Counted from the first letter of the stretch, positions 1-10,206 are shown. The stretch: DNA of 64,000 nucleotides from Desulfurococcales archaeon (GCA_027002995.1 JALWZB010000155.1:91682-155681), one strand, 5' to 3'. Program-made: numbers and translations. Notes: generated by a model not told the origin, from the sequence alone.

Positions 1-671
1 TCGGAACCGAGATAGCTCGAGGAAGGGCAAGTCTAAACAAATCAGGGGTCGGCGAATTAATTAGTAACGCTATCAGAGATAACAGGAAGAGAGTCCCGGA
101 ACCCCCTATGCTTGACTACCACCTAATAATGATACCTGTGGTCGTAGCCGCCGCATACTCAATGAAACTCGACGGTAAAGTCACCATCAACACCTTCGCG
201 AAGGGGTTAAAGGGACTATTAATGTATAGTGGGCCCGATGACACCTTACTAGTCTATGAGGCTCTGAGGGGCGTTAGCGGTAGGCTAGGTAGGGCTGTAG
301 CGTTAAGTGACTTAACACCAGGACGCATAAGAATGGAGAACATAAGCCTAATGGATCTGCTTGACGCCATAGGTAAGAACTACGCTACGCTAGCATACTT
401 CGCAAGACGTCACACCAGCTTAGCTGAACTAGCAGAGAAGTTCATAGACATGCACCTGAAGGGCTTCAGCCTAAATAGTGCGGCCGTAACCACGTACTCC
501 ATACTATTAAAGGACATAGCCGGAATTCAGTACTCACCAGTAATAAAGAGCAGAGATGATTTCCTGAAACTCCTGAAGCTTGATAGAGAAGTGTGCAAGA
601 AAGGGAAGTTCGATCATTTAATACCTCTCCTCTCAGTTCCTCTCTTCATAGGAATGCTGAGCATATCATGA
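1..671 (+). CDS. hypothetical protein, probably 5'-truncated by the window edge
   Basis: The frame of the 108..671 ORF stays open back to nt 3 (GTEIARGRASLNKSGVGELISNAIRDNRKRVPEPP precedes the first Met). No motif recognised. Confidence 0.45.
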   Translation, partial: GTEIARGRASLNKSGVGELISNAIRDNRKRVPEPPMLDYHLIMIPVVVAAAYSMKLDGKVTINTFAKGLKGLLMYSGPDDTLLVYEALRGVSGRLGRAVALSDLTPGRIRMENISLMDLLDAIGKNYATLAYFARRHTSLAELAEKFIDMHLKGFSLNSAAVTTYSILLKDIAGIQYSPVIKSRDDFLKLLKLDREVCKKGKFDHLIPLLSVPLFIGMLSIS

Positions 672-711
672 AACACGCCCGACTTTAACTTTCTCCTTAA
701 CACGATCACGA

Positions 712-1473
712 TTACATGTAGACCTCATAGAGTTTTAGAAACTCTCTATACCTCCTTACGAGCCTTAGTAGTTCCTTATTCACGAAGATAGGTAGTGTCG
801 CCATACCCCCTAGGAAACCTCCTACGTGGGCCCAGAACGCCACCCCCGCTGAGCTCCACAGGGTCAACCCCATTATGAGTTGATATAAGAACCATATGAA
901 TATGTAGAATTCTGCAGTCATCAATATGGGAAAGAAATAAAATATTGCGATTATCCTCGCCCTAGGGAATAAGATTAGGTACGCACCCAGTACCCCGCTG
1001 ATGGCTCCCGACGCACCCACCGATGGGATTAACCAAGGCAATATGTACTCCTGAACCTTACTTAGTAGGTATGAAGAAGGTAGAACTGCTACGCTTAACG
1101 TGTTAAAGATGTTCGCTATTATACCGCATATTATATAGAATGCTAGAAACCTCGCCCTGCCCATAACTCTCTCTACGTCTCTTCCGAAAACGTAAAGGAA
1201 GAGCATGTTGCCCAGTAAGTGAAGCATGTTTGCATGCAGGAACATCGATGTGAAAACCCTGTAGAACTTTGTAGGATCGAGTATGTCCGAAGGGTACGTA
1301 CCGAGCGCTTTAAGGACATCATCGTAGCTATTAAAGCCGAACGCTTGGTAGGCTAGTGAGAGTACTAGGTATACCGTAACGTTCACACCTATTAATAAGT
1401 ACGTAATTACGGGAGGTCTACCTATACTCTCCGGTATTTCCTCAAGGCTTACTGGTAGCCCCAACGTTACCAC
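712..1473 (-). CDS. rhomboid family intramembrane serine protease
   Basis: Polytopic membrane protein with a rhomboid GxSG catalytic motif (GASGAISGVLGAY), a downstream catalytic His region (WAHVGGFLGG) and HANMLHLLGNM. Confidence 0.85.
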   Translation of the reverse strand: MVTLGLPVSLEEIPESIGRPPVITYLLIGVNVTVYLVLSLAYQAFGFNSYDDVLKALGTYPSDILDPTKFYRVFTSMFLHANMLHLLGNMLFLYVFGRDVERVMGRARFLAFYIICGIIANIFNTLSVAVLPSSYLLSKVQEYILPWLIPSVGASGAISGVLGAYLILFPRARIIAIFYFFPILMTAEFYIFIWFLYQLIMGLTLWSSAGVAFWAHVGGFLGGMATLPIFVNKELLRLVRRYREFLKLYEVYM

Positions 1474-2200
1474 CGATAAACGTTAACAGAGTTCTTCTAG
1501 GTCTTGCCTCAATAAGCGTTATTCCCTTCCTAGCAGGTAGTGAGACATTATACACGCGTACGGAATCGAGAAGCGCCTCAACTTTCCTGGCGTTATGCGC
1601 GTGCGCGTGGATCACTATTTCTGGTTTGACCTCACGTATGACTCTCTCCATGTCTCTCGAACCCATGTAGGGGTAAACCTTCTCCGGCTCGCCCTTCACG
1701 GTAAGGAATGTTGGGGCGTAGTGTGAGATTAGTATAACTATGTCGGAGTACTTCCTTACCTCCGTTACCAGCTTCTTAATTATCTTAGGTCTTTCTTTAT
1801 ACACGATCTCCAGTTCAGGCTTATGCCTTCGTTGCCAGAACGTGAGCTTCTCTAAAGCCCCACGAGTGCCGACGAAGCCTACGCGGACATTGTTTAGTGT
1901 GAGTATTGCTGGTGTGTCATTAAGCCATATTACCTCAGGGTATCTTTTGAGGAATTTATTTTCTAGTTCATGGTATTCCTCATTACCGAAGACAGCCACT
2001 ATTGGTATTCCGGGGAACTTCTCTCGAACCACCTTGAGTATAGGGTCTAAGTCATCAACCCTGCCCTCATCAACCATGTCTCCCGCGAATATGAAAACAT
2101 CTGGTTTGAAACCAACTATTGCTTTAAGGGAAGCGGTGAAAACGCTGAAGTACCTGCTGCCATGCACATCACCGACAGCACATATTTTTACTACAGTCAT
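1442..2200 (-). CDS. calcineurin-like metallophosphoesterase
   Basis: Motifs GDVHG, GDMVD, GNEE and HAHAH in canonical order. Confidence 0.8.
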   Translation of the reverse strand: MTVVKICAVGDVHGSRYFSVFTASLKAIVGFKPDVFIFAGDMVDEGRVDDLDPILKVVREKFPGIPIVAVFGNEEYHELENKFLKRYPEVIWLNDTPAILTLNNVRVGFVGTRGALEKLTFWQRRHKPELEIVYKERPKIIKKLVTEVRKYSDIVILISHYAPTFLTVKGEPEKVYPYMGSRDMERVIREVKPEIVIHAHAHNARKVEALLDSVRVYNVSLPARKGITLIEARPRRTLLTFIGGNVGATSKP

Positions 2201-2329
2201 CTTCCCAACCTAAAGCATACTGTGTGTAACGGATTAAAGTTCTTAGTATGTTATTTGGCGGACCTCTCTCCAGCTATTTCCAGAGTGAACCTTATTAAGT
2301 GAATATCAGTAGTAGGTGGGGTGTAGGGT

Positions 2330-2548
2330 ATGAGCACGCCGAAAGGCATAACTGCGGGTGGGCATTTAGGATGGGCTACGAAGAGGTGTGCTATATGCAA
2401 TAGGCGAATGATCGTTGGGAAGGACATTATTTACTATTGCCCCAAGTGCAGTAAGGGGGATGAAGGGGTTTACTTCTGTTCTGGCGACCACAGAGCACTC
2501 CACGGAAGATGCCCATACTGCGGAACAGAGTTGAAGCCCTTAATCTAA
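2330..2548 (+). CDS. small multi-zinc-finger protein
   Basis: 72 aa with CAIC, CPKC, C..H...H and CPYC knuckles. Confidence 0.5.
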   Translation: MSTPKGITAGGHLGWATKRCAICNRRMIVGKDIIYYCPKCSKGDEGVYFCSGDHRALHGRCPYCGTELKPLI

Positions 2549-3012
2549 AAATAAGTCAATGTTTAGGGAAGGAAACACATCATATGAATCACCCCCTTAG
2601 GAGAGTCAGCGGTTACCGAAGGCACTACCTCAGTAATCTTTTGAGGGAGGTTAATGGAATGCCTCTAGTAATGGAGCATACGGTCCTCAAGCACATTAAA
2701 GTAGTATGTATATCGGGAGAGGGTCTAACCGATGTTTACGGGGACTTACCGGGCTTACCTTCATGCTTCGACAAGTTAAGCTGTATCTCCATCGGTAGTG
2801 CTAAATCTTGCCTATCCAACTGGATAGAGTTGCAGAATATGAAGCTACGATTCATGATCTCCACAGTATTCGGGGAGGATAGGGTTACGGGATTCCAGGT
2901 AGTGTCAAGCGAGAACCTATGCAGTAAGGACCCGGAAAGCATAGTGTTAGGCGTTCTTGAGGTTCTGGGTAAGTTATGTGAGTATGACGCTAGCTCTTTC
3001 ATTAAAACTTGA
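2509..3012 (+). CDS. hypothetical protein (start uncertain)
   Basis: ORF only. Its end overlaps the start of the next ORF by 4 nt (3009-3012), suggesting co-translation. No motif recognised. Confidence 0.3.
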   Translation: MPILRNRVEALNLKISQCLGKETHHMNHPLRRVSGYRRHYLSNLLREVNGMPLVMEHTVLKHIKVVCISGEGLTDVYGDLPGLPSCFDKLSCISIGSAKSCLSNWIELQNMKLRFMISTVFGEDRVTGFQVVSSENLCSKDPESIVLGVLEVLGKLCEYDASSFIKT

Positions 3013-3590
3013 GAAGAATATTTTACCAAGGCACGCACTTTCATTGTGGTCGACACTCAATGATAAGGAAAGTTTTAGCTGAGGGGTTAACTGAGGAAAG
3101 TAAGCTAAAGGACGTCATTGAATTAGTGGCTAAAAAGGTGGGTGCGAAAGCCTTGTTCAGCAAGACTGGTGACGCCTACTTCGTAAGTGTGGATTCCTCG
3201 GGGAAACATCTGCTTGACTTAAGAATTACGAAGCATGTCTGCGAGTTCTACCTAGAATGTGTTAATGCGGACTTCCTAGAGGTGCTGAATCTTGTAGGTT
3301 TTAACGACCTCTATGACGTACTTACGAAGCATAATGCCTTACCAACGAGGGTGGTCATCTCGAAATCAATAGCTTCAAGGAGCCTTTACATCCTCTTAGA
3401 AGGACGGGAAGGCATTCCTAGCCTACCTAACATTCGTGTAACCATAAGAGAGGGCGAGGAGAATGCTACGTCTAGTTACTGCAGGATATCTAGGGAGGAG
3501 AATACCTGTACCTTACTTAACGACTTGATTAACCTAGGTAAGAAACTTTGGAAGGAATTCTTTGGAGTTCCCAAAGGAATCCCTTGCTGA
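3009..3590 (+). CDS. hypothetical protein
   Basis: ORF only. 4-nt overlap with the upstream ORF. Confidence 0.35.
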   Translation: MRRIFYQGTHFHCGRHSMIRKVLAEGLTEESKLKDVIELVAKKVGAKALFSKTGDAYFVSVDSSGKHLLDLRITKHVCEFYLECVNADFLEVLNLVGFNDLYDVLTKHNALPTRVVISKSIASRSLYILLEGREGIPSLPNIRVTIREGEENATSSYCRISREENTCTLLNDLINLGKKLWKEFFGVPKGIPC

Positions 3591-3594
3591 ATCT

Positions 3595-4023
3595 TCACTT
3601 ACAACCAACTACTTGAATTATGACCTTTCTTCTGTATCGTGGACCGTCAAGTTCGAAGACCATTATCTCCTGCCATGTTCCACGGATTACTTCCCCGTTA
3701 ACTATTGGGAACGTTCGTGATGGTCCTATTATGGCTGATGCTATGTGGGCGTGGGCGTTATCGTCAATCATATTATGTCTCCACCCACCTTCCTGCGGCA
3801 CGTATCTCCGTACCCACTCAATATAGTCCTGAACGATATTGTGTTCATACTCATTAGCTATAACGGCTGCCGTAGCATGAGGTACGAAGACCAGTACTAG
3901 GCCGTTCCTGATGCCGGACTCCCTTACAGCCTTAATCACCTCATCAGTTATGCGTATGAGCTCAAACTTCCTCCTAGAGGATATCGTCAGTACCTTAGTA
4001 TATGTGAGGCACTCATTACTCAA
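3595..4023 (-). CDS. YjbQ/UPF0047 family protein (secondary thiamine-phosphate synthase type)
   Basis: 142 aa with the family-typical FVPHATAAVIANEYE and DDNAHAHI segments. Confidence 0.75.
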   Translation of the reverse strand: MSNECLTYTKVLTISSRRKFELIRITDEVIKAVRESGIRNGLVLVFVPHATAAVIANEYEHNIVQDYIEWVRRYVPQEGGWRHNMIDDNAHAHIASAIIGPSRTFPIVNGEVIRGTWQEIMVFELDGPRYRRKVIIQVVGCK

Positions 4024-4204
4024 CGTGATCTACCCTATTCACCCGTAGTTATGTCCTTAAATAAGGTAAGTCCCTTAATACTGTCGTGTCTCTAATCTCA
4101 GATAATTAATAACCTGCACGTAATTATCCAGTATTCCCTACGTGATTACGTGGCGGTCATGTTATATGGTAGGTATTACCTGAGAGTTACCTTAGGGGCT
4201 TAGG

Positions 4205-4747
4205 ATGGCTTCCTTAACCATTACTCTAGGAAGGGTTAGCGATAATGACTATGCTGACGATGCTGTAGTAAGTGAGCTGGCATACAACCTCGTGATAGCT
4301 GTCTCGTCAGCTAGGATTCTGAGCCAGCTAAACTACAGTAAATATTCACGCGAATTACTAGCTATCAGTAAGGCCTTAGCAGGCGAGATCGCATTATTGC
4401 TGTATACAGGTCATTATTTAGACGGCCTCGCAAGTGAGTTGTCTGAAGCGATAAATTACGCTTGGATTGATACGTATGATGATCTGGAATTCCTAGAGTT
4501 ACTTCGCAGGGCAATAGAGCTAAAACAACTTATCGACAAGAATGTGGTCTCAAGCAAGCATGCGTTAGATCTTCTCAACCTAATGACGAGGGTGTTCAGA
4601 ATAAATCTAAGCCATAGTGGCTCGACGCTACTCAGCAAAATATATCGGAACCCTGAACCACGGTTAGTCCTCCAAATGTTTTGCACAGCACTAGTAGTTG
4701 CTTTAGGTGGTTTAAGTGAGGGCGGGGGTAAGGTTGTCCAGGATTGA
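4205..4747 (+). CDS. hypothetical protein
   Basis: ORF only. Confidence 0.35.
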   Translation: MASLTITLGRVSDNDYADDAVVSELAYNLVIAVSSARILSQLNYSKYSRELLAISKALAGEIALLLYTGHYLDGLASELSEAINYAWIDTYDDLEFLELLRRAIELKQLIDKNVVSSKHALDLLNLMTRVFRINLSHSGSTLLSKIYRNPEPRLVLQMFCTALVVALGGLSEGGGKVVQD

Positions 4748-5051
4748 ATCACTTGCGGAAAGGCTGATAGAGTTTACTGCTAGGCACGCTTCGGGTATAC
4801 AGCTGGATATAGAGAAGCTACAAGCAATAACTGGCCCTTCCATGCTTGATATAGCCTTAGGAACCATTGACGCCGTGGCTAAGGAAGCAACAAAAGTAAG
4901 AAGGGGGTTACTATATTGCGGGCTCTGCAACAAAGGACCTTATACGAAACGAGGAATGTACCTGCACCTAGTCAGGGTTCATAGGTATGAGCTAAAAGTA
5001 ATGCTTTTAGACGAGCTTCAGGCACAGATAAACAAAGCACGTATGCGCTAA
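4716..5051 (+). CDS. hypothetical protein with C2H2-like zinc finger (start uncertain)
   Basis: YCGLCNKGPYTKRGMYLHLVRVH resembles a C-x2-C...H-x4-H finger. Overlaps the upstream ORF. Confidence 0.35.
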   Translation: MRAGVRLSRIESLAERLIEFTARHASGIQLDIEKLQAITGPSMLDIALGTIDAVAKEATKVRRGLLYCGLCNKGPYTKRGMYLHLVRVHRYELKVMLLDELQAQINKARMR

Positions 5052-5228
5052 GGTACATCACATCTTGAAACCGGTCAAAAGGGATGGTTCCGATCATCTC
5101 TCACCATTGGAGTCACATCTCATCCCGGTCACTAATTATGTTGCAGTTAAGAGTCAATAAAGTTACGTCCTGAGCATCACCATTCAGTTCAGGAATAGAA
5201 AGAATGAAGGAGCCGGGGAACATGTGGG

Positions 5229-5322
5229 TGGTAGCCGGGCGGGGATTCGAACCCCGGTCACGGGGGATCTCCCCACGCCTTGGGCCAGAGCCCCGCATCC
5301 TTGGCCGCTAGACGACCCGGCT
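5229..5322 (-). tRNA. tRNA-Gln(CTG) with an approx 18-nt intron at 37/38, CCA encoded
   Basis: The reverse complement folds as acceptor AGCCGGG/CCCGGCT, anticodon stem CGGGG/CCCCG, loop CTCTGG with an intron, T arm CGGGG-TTCGAAT-CCCCG, then ACCA. Confidence 0.85.
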
Positions 5323-5426
5323 CCGTTTTACACTCACTTTAACCTTGAATTTAAGGTTTTCTTCAACGTCTGCCCCTGAGTTCTATTTAGCATAGAAATT
5401 GCCTAGTAGGGAATTTATGGAAGTAG

Positions 5427-5516
5427 TGCCGCCGCGGGGATTCGAACCCCGGACCTCCGGATCTCCCAGGGCGGGCCGTATGAGTCCGGCGCTCCACCAG
5501 GCTGAGCTACGGCGGC
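5427..5516 (-). tRNA. elongator-type tRNA-Met(CAT) with a 16-nt intron at 37/38
   Basis: Acceptor GCCGCCG/CGGCGGC, anticodon stem CCGGA/TCCGG, loop CTCATA[intron]A. Intron nt TGGG pair with loop nt 32-35 to give a canonical BHB. No encoded CCA. Confidence 0.85.
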
Positions 5517-5640
5517 ACCAATAAATGGCTATATTGCTAGTTTTTTAAGCTTTAACGCCTTGAGTCTCTCTAAAGACTATTTAGGGGGTCAGTGTTCTGA
5601 GGCGTATAAAACAACTGGTGTTTAAGGGAAGGAAGAAAAC

Positions 5641-5768
5641 GGCGGGACCCCAACTTGGGAGGGGCTGCGAGGCCTCGCGGACCTCACTGCCCCTCCCAAC
5701 GCGGTGGGCTTAACTTCCGGGATCTGACGAGTCCGGGTGTTTCCCCACCGCTATGGTCGGGGCCGCCG
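5641..5768 (-). rRNA. 5S rRNA (stand-alone)
   Basis: The reverse complement reads ...CCCGACCATAGCGGTGGGGAAACACCCGGACTCGTCAGATCCCGGAAGTTAAGCCCACCGCG..., matching the conserved archaeal 5S core. Terminal helix GGCGG/CCGCC, followed by a T-rich tract. Confidence 0.9.
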
Positions 5769-5829
5769 TACTTCTTATGTCTGAGTGGTTTTTAGGCTTT
5801 TCTATCCTTATCTTAATCTTAAGCTGGAA

Positions 5830-7614
5830 TTACGTGTGATGCTTCCTAACCGAGTATATGTTTCGGAGCACTACATCCAGCGCTTCCTCACGCGTTATTG
5901 AGAACCCGTAGTGGAGGTTTACTAACTTAAACGCTCCTCCTGGGAGAGGGATTTCTGTCGATGCCAAGATAGCCTTTATTCTTGCCCTTCTCTCTATGAT
6001 GCTTTTGAGGCGACGTGATGTTACCTCATACGTGCCTCTTACGGTCTTCTGTGTGTTTCCGTCTAGGTATACCTTGATCTTCACATTGAGTGAGGGATCT
6101 ACCTCTAGGTACTCCCTAAATTCCTTCTGTAGTATGTCAAGGGACTCTATTGATACGTACGTTTTACCTAGGTGCGTATAGATGTAAATCACGTCGCCGT
6201 GTTCCATCATTTTCTTGAGGGAAGCCCTCAATATGTCCTCCGGCAATTCCAGAACTTCCTTTAACCATTCCAGTGGCATAGGCTGTTTCTCAAGGACGCT
6301 AAGTATCTTAGCCCGCGTAGTCCTCTTCCAGAGTTCCTCAATCACTTCCTCACTAATTGGTACATCAACGCCAGCCCTTCGTGCCTGTTCTATTGAGTCC
6401 ACAAAACTATCGGTGTCGATGGTGTGGGGGGTTATGATGTAGGCTACAAATTTCGGAGGTCCTCGCACAGATGTTGCCCTAAGTATCCGACCATGCCGCT
6501 GAATGAATCTTAGCGGGCTAGCAACACTGCTCCAGATTACTAGGAGGTCTGCCTCTGGGAGGTCTAAGCCCTCCTCTCCAGCACTCGTGGATACTATTAC
6601 TTTGACGGCATCGGACTTAACTTTCTTCAGAACTTCCTTTACGTTTATCCCGATACTTCTTTTCCCACATACTAGCGCGGAATTATACGTCCTCAATTTT
6701 GAGGCGACATACTTTGCTACTGCGACCCTCTCTATGAAGATTATTGCTTTGCGAAAGCCCTCATGGTCGTTAAGAACCCTCACTAGCGAATCTAACTTAT
6801 GGGCCGGCCTAACACTAGCCGTTAGGAATAAATTAACGTCTTGTAGTAAGTTAGCCAGTTTCGTGGGTTTCCTCAAGCTTTCAGCTAACGCGAGGGCACC
6901 GTCCCTTACGAACCACCTTATCGCTAGTTGAACTAAGCCCCTCTCCCTACCGGTTAAGTTATTCCTCCTTTTCTCTAGCTCCCGTAGCAATCTTTCTTCA
7001 GCGTCGTTTAGCTCAGCCTCGTAGACTTCACCTATCCACCGTGGGACGTAGGGCCTTATCCGCGGATCGTCCCAACCCCAGATCCTTATCTCTCCTATGT
7101 GCTTTTCTATCTCGATCGCCCTGCTTGGCGGTATGTAGGCGCTGAGCCCTAACCTCTTTTTAAACAGGTTCCTTGCTGCGCGAATGAACTCTGCGTACGC
7201 GTCCTTACCCGTGGTGTGATGACACTCGTCAATTACAATTGCGTCGTACCCGGAATCCGTAACTTCGCTGACGTCGTTCAAGGCTGTTTCAGGAGTTGTG
7301 ACCGCTATTACTGCTTTACGCCATAGTGTTACCCTATGTTTCTTAGGTATCACACCGTATATGGGGATAGCCTCTAAGTTAGCTACATCCCTGAAGTACT
7401 TAGAAACCTGCTCCACTAGCACCCTGGTTGGCTCTAGGATCAACACCTTCCTTACCTTACGCTTAGAGAGTAGCTCCCTAACCCACATTACAGCTATTAG
7501 CGTTTTCCCTGAACCTGTAGGTAACCCTAGTACAGCACCGTCACGGGTAAGCGCCCACTTAAGAGCCTCAACCTGGTACTCCCTGGGCCTAAGCCGCAAA
7601 CGTGTTTCAGTCAT
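5830..7614 (-). CDS. superfamily-2 DEAD/DEAH-box helicase (Hef/RIG-I-like helicase core)
   Basis: Walker A LPTGSGKT, motif II DECHH, motif VI QRHGRILR, plus a C-terminal extra domain. Confidence 0.8.
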   Translation of the reverse strand: MTETRLRLRPREYQVEALKWALTRDGAVLGLPTGSGKTLIAVMWVRELLSKRKVRKVLILEPTRVLVEQVSKYFRDVANLEAIPIYGVIPKKHRVTLWRKAVIAVTTPETALNDVSEVTDSGYDAIVIDECHHTTGKDAYAEFIRAARNLFKKRLGLSAYIPPSRAIEIEKHIGEIRIWGWDDPRIRPYVPRWIGEVYEAELNDAEERLLRELEKRRNNLTGRERGLVQLAIRWFVRDGALALAESLRKPTKLANLLQDVNLFLTASVRPAHKLDSLVRVLNDHEGFRKAIIFIERVAVAKYVASKLRTYNSALVCGKRSIGINVKEVLKKVKSDAVKVIVSTSAGEEGLDLPEADLLVIWSSVASPLRFIQRHGRILRATSVRGPPKFVAYIITPHTIDTDSFVDSIEQARRAGVDVPISEEVIEELWKRTTRAKILSVLEKQPMPLEWLKEVLELPEDILRASLKKMMEHGDVIYIYTHLGKTYVSIESLDILQKEFREYLEVDPSLNVKIKVYLDGNTQKTVRGTYEVTSRRLKSIIERRARIKAILASTEIPLPGGAFKLVNLHYGFSITREEALDVVLRNIYSVRKHHT

Positions 7615-7710
7615 TCCTCAACGACCTACCGGTGAGGGGAGGATGAAGAGGCTAATTACTCTTGAACATTAGTTAGACTGAAGAAAAACTCCAGTATCGC
7701 GACTTTCACC

Positions 7711-8604
7711 TTACAGGTGTTGAACTACTCTCTTCATGATTTCCGCGTATAGCGCTATGGAATCCTCATACTTAGTTTCAGGTGCACCAGTGTAGATTAG
7801 GTGCATCCTTAGCGGCAGCTCCTTCTCGCGTACTTCCTTAATCATGAACCTTGCTAGGGCCTCAGCTAGGGGACCTACGCTGGGGTAACCCTTACCTAGT
7901 GGTACCCTCTTCTTCAGTAGTCGACGCCCGAAATATATACCAGTTACCTGGGCGAACCTTAAACTTAGGAATCCTCGGCTCAGCTGTAACGCTTTCTTAA
8001 GTATGTTCGTCCAGAAAGTCGCGTCTACCTCGGCATCAGCTTTATGGAAGTTCCCATGTTCATCAATACCGGTTTCATACATGAATACGTTCTCAAGCTG
8101 AAGCGATATTATTACCCTATCGTCACCCACCGACTCTATTATTGCCCTTATTTCATCAATACTCCCTAACTGCCTTCTAGTGTACGTTGTTTCTAACGAT
8201 ATGTAGATGTCTCGCGGTGCATCCTTCAGTAGTTCCTTAATGAACTCTGAGGCAAGTTCTAGGTCCTTATCTCCTCCGAAAGCCTTCCAACCCAGGTGAA
8301 TGTTAAACACCTCAGCTCCAGCGAGTGCAGCATTCTTTAGAGCCGCCCTCATAGCCTTCAGCACCTTTTCGCTAACTGACTTACTAAATGACACGACGTT
8401 ATAGTATGGTGCGTGCGCAGTTACCGTGGTAAATGCCTTATTAGCGAATTCCCGGTATGACTCAAAGTATTCGGGTCCTCTACTCCTCCTTGAAAAGTCG
8501 GCCGGGGGTATCTCCGTTAGTTTCATACCGAGGGTAGCGGCCTTACTAAGGGTATGTAGCGAATTGTAAGTGCCCCAATCAAATAACAACATATTCTTCA
8601 CCAA
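7711..8604 (-). CDS. xylose isomerase-like TIM-barrel protein (AP endonuclease family 2-like)
   Basis: AHAPYYNVVS and FNIHLG resemble endonuclease IV / sugar-phosphate isomerase motifs. Weak assignment. Confidence 0.45.
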   Translation of the reverse strand: MVKNMLLFDWGTYNSLHTLSKAATLGMKLTEIPPADFSRRSRGPEYFESYREFANKAFTTVTAHAPYYNVVSFSKSVSEKVLKAMRAALKNAALAGAEVFNIHLGWKAFGGDKDLELASEFIKELLKDAPRDIYISLETTYTRRQLGSIDEIRAIIESVGDDRVIISLQLENVFMYETGIDEHGNFHKADAEVDATFWTNILKKALQLSRGFLSLRFAQVTGIYFGRRLLKKRVPLGKGYPSVGPLAEALARFMIKEVREKELPLRMHLIYTGAPETKYEDSIALYAEIMKRVVQHL

Positions 8605-8701
8605 GTAACTTTTGAATTAAGTAAATAATAAACATCACTCATGCGAGAAATTGCAAAATGCGTTACAACGAGTTTACAGGTGAATGGAATTCCCTAGAAA
8701 T

Positions 8702-9031
8702 TTAGTACTTTCCAGTATTTTTCTGGGGTTGACTTGACTTGGGTATGCTTACTGCAGACCTTAGTTCGGGAATACCCTCAACTTCCTCCAAGTAAATGGC
8801 TTCAACTAGCAACTTACCACTGCACTTAGGACACTTACCTACTTCCTTACCTACGTAGTCTCCTTCCTTGAATTCCCTTTTTTCACTGTAGTCGCAACTG
8901 CTGCATTTGAGTTGAGTTACTATTATTTTCTTCTTGAGGGGTTCCTGCCTAGACCTCATGGCCGTAACCGTCATATACGTTATGATGAATGCAAGGATCG
9001 CCAGGATTACTATTGTCATGGGGTCCAACAT
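8702..9031 (-). CDS. small membrane-anchored zinc-ribbon protein
   Basis: N-terminal TM helix, then CSSC...CPKC. Confidence 0.5.
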   Translation of the reverse strand: MLDPMTIVILAILAFIITYMTVTAMRSRQEPLKKKIIVTQLKCSSCDYSEKREFKEGDYVGKEVGKCPKCSGKLLVEAIYLEEVEGIPELRSAVSIPKSSQPQKNTGKY

Positions 9032-9045
9032 TATGGATCACCCTG

Positions 9046-10140
9046 TTAGGTTATCCCTACGGTATTCCCTATTCCTACGACCACTGCGATCCCGTCCTTT
9101 GGCACTTTCTCCTTAATTATCTTCTTAACTATCTCTATGGCTTTCCTTACACCCTCGAAGACCTGCTTCGTCATGGTATTTATTGCCTCCTCGTTAGACA
9201 TCTTTATAACTACTGCGTCGAGCGGTATCCCGTATTTTGTCGCCGCCCTCTCAATAGCTATTTTTTCCGGACCTGGGTCACCTATGGCCGCACCCACACC
9301 GTAAGCTACCTCACCTGTTTTCTCGCTCTCCAGCTTCAGGGCGGCATCCACCGTTATTATTCTGGAGACGCTTCTTCCTAGATCGTTAATTATTTTCTCA
9401 ACAGCCTCACCTGGCCACCCAACCGTGGAGCCTGGGCCCTTGGCCTTTATCACGTATACCTTTCGTCCCTCTATCTCAGTCACATAGTACACAGTTTCCT
9501 TCAATATTTCTACGGGCTCCGCATTACCTTTGAGATAGTGCGCCACTAGTGGGCCAGCACCATCACCTATGGGTATTCCTTTCATAAACGAATCCATAGC
9601 GTCATCATAGGCTTTCGCAAGCTTAACAATCTGCTGTAATTCTAAGGCAAGCTGCATCATTAGTATCCAGTTATTGTATTTCAGACCTAGCTGGAAGTAA
9701 TGCTTGACGATTTTGTTTATGAGTGTGAGAACCGATGATATCTCTAGAAGTACCTCGGCGTTCTGCCTCTGGACTAAGGTTGCGTTAGGGAGGTTTTCCT
9801 CCACATACTTCCTTATTAAGTCGTCTCTGGTTCTTATTAAGTGCCGCATTCTTCGTATGATGTCCGTTGGTTCAATATCGACGGGTGAGATCATGAAGAA
9901 GTTATCTATGAATCCCTCCAGGACTTTCCTGGGGTTCTCCACATTGAGTCTGCTGAGGTACTTTATGACTTTTCTCTTACTCTCATCCTCTATTTCGGTA
10001 AGTTGAATTATCTTCTTCCTGATGTATGATGAGTAGCGCCATAACTGCATTTTCTGCGGTATATCTGTGAAGTTAAGTAAGAATGACCCGAGAATTAGGA
10101 GCACCAATATTGTGGATGCCCAGTCGTTGCTTCCGTCCAT
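9046..10140 (-). CDS. conserved archaeal membrane-anchored protein (DUF1512-like)
   Basis: N-terminal TM helix. The overall pattern is recalled as DUF1512. Unverified. Confidence 0.45.
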   Translation of the reverse strand: MDGSNDWASTILVLLILGSFLLNFTDIPQKMQLWRYSSYIRKKIIQLTEIEDESKRKVIKYLSRLNVENPRKVLEGFIDNFFMISPVDIEPTDIIRRMRHLIRTRDDLIRKYVEENLPNATLVQRQNAEVLLEISSVLTLINKIVKHYFQLGLKYNNWILMMQLALELQQIVKLAKAYDDAMDSFMKGIPIGDGAGPLVAHYLKGNAEPVEILKETVYYVTEIEGRKVYVIKAKGPGSTVGWPGEAVEKIINDLGRSVSRIITVDAALKLESEKTGEVAYGVGAAIGDPGPEKIAIERAATKYGIPLDAVVIKMSNEEAINTMTKQVFEGVRKAIEIVKKIIKEKVPKDGIAVVVGIGNTVGIT

Positions 10141-10206
10141 CTCCTCACACCAGTTCCGTCCTCGTTCGTTTACCCTCTACGCCTTTTTAAAGGATTCACT
10201 CGGCCG

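Noticed and set aside
1740-2213. Antisense shadow ORFs inside longer genes (this one, and for example 5996-6181, 6503-6931, 7298-7672, 9704-10006, 16366-16650, 17472-17870, 20758-21270, 37792-38277, 41495-41878, 51642-52094, 54637-55014, 59451-59978)
   Set aside because: Each lies antisense within a longer ORF carrying strong family motifs. Their Ser/Leu/Thr/Arg-rich low-complexity translations are typical of shadow ORFs.
5113-5298. 61-aa minus-strand ORF
   Set aside because: It overlaps tRNA-Gln (again GSNPRP-type tRNA-derived peptide). Spurious.
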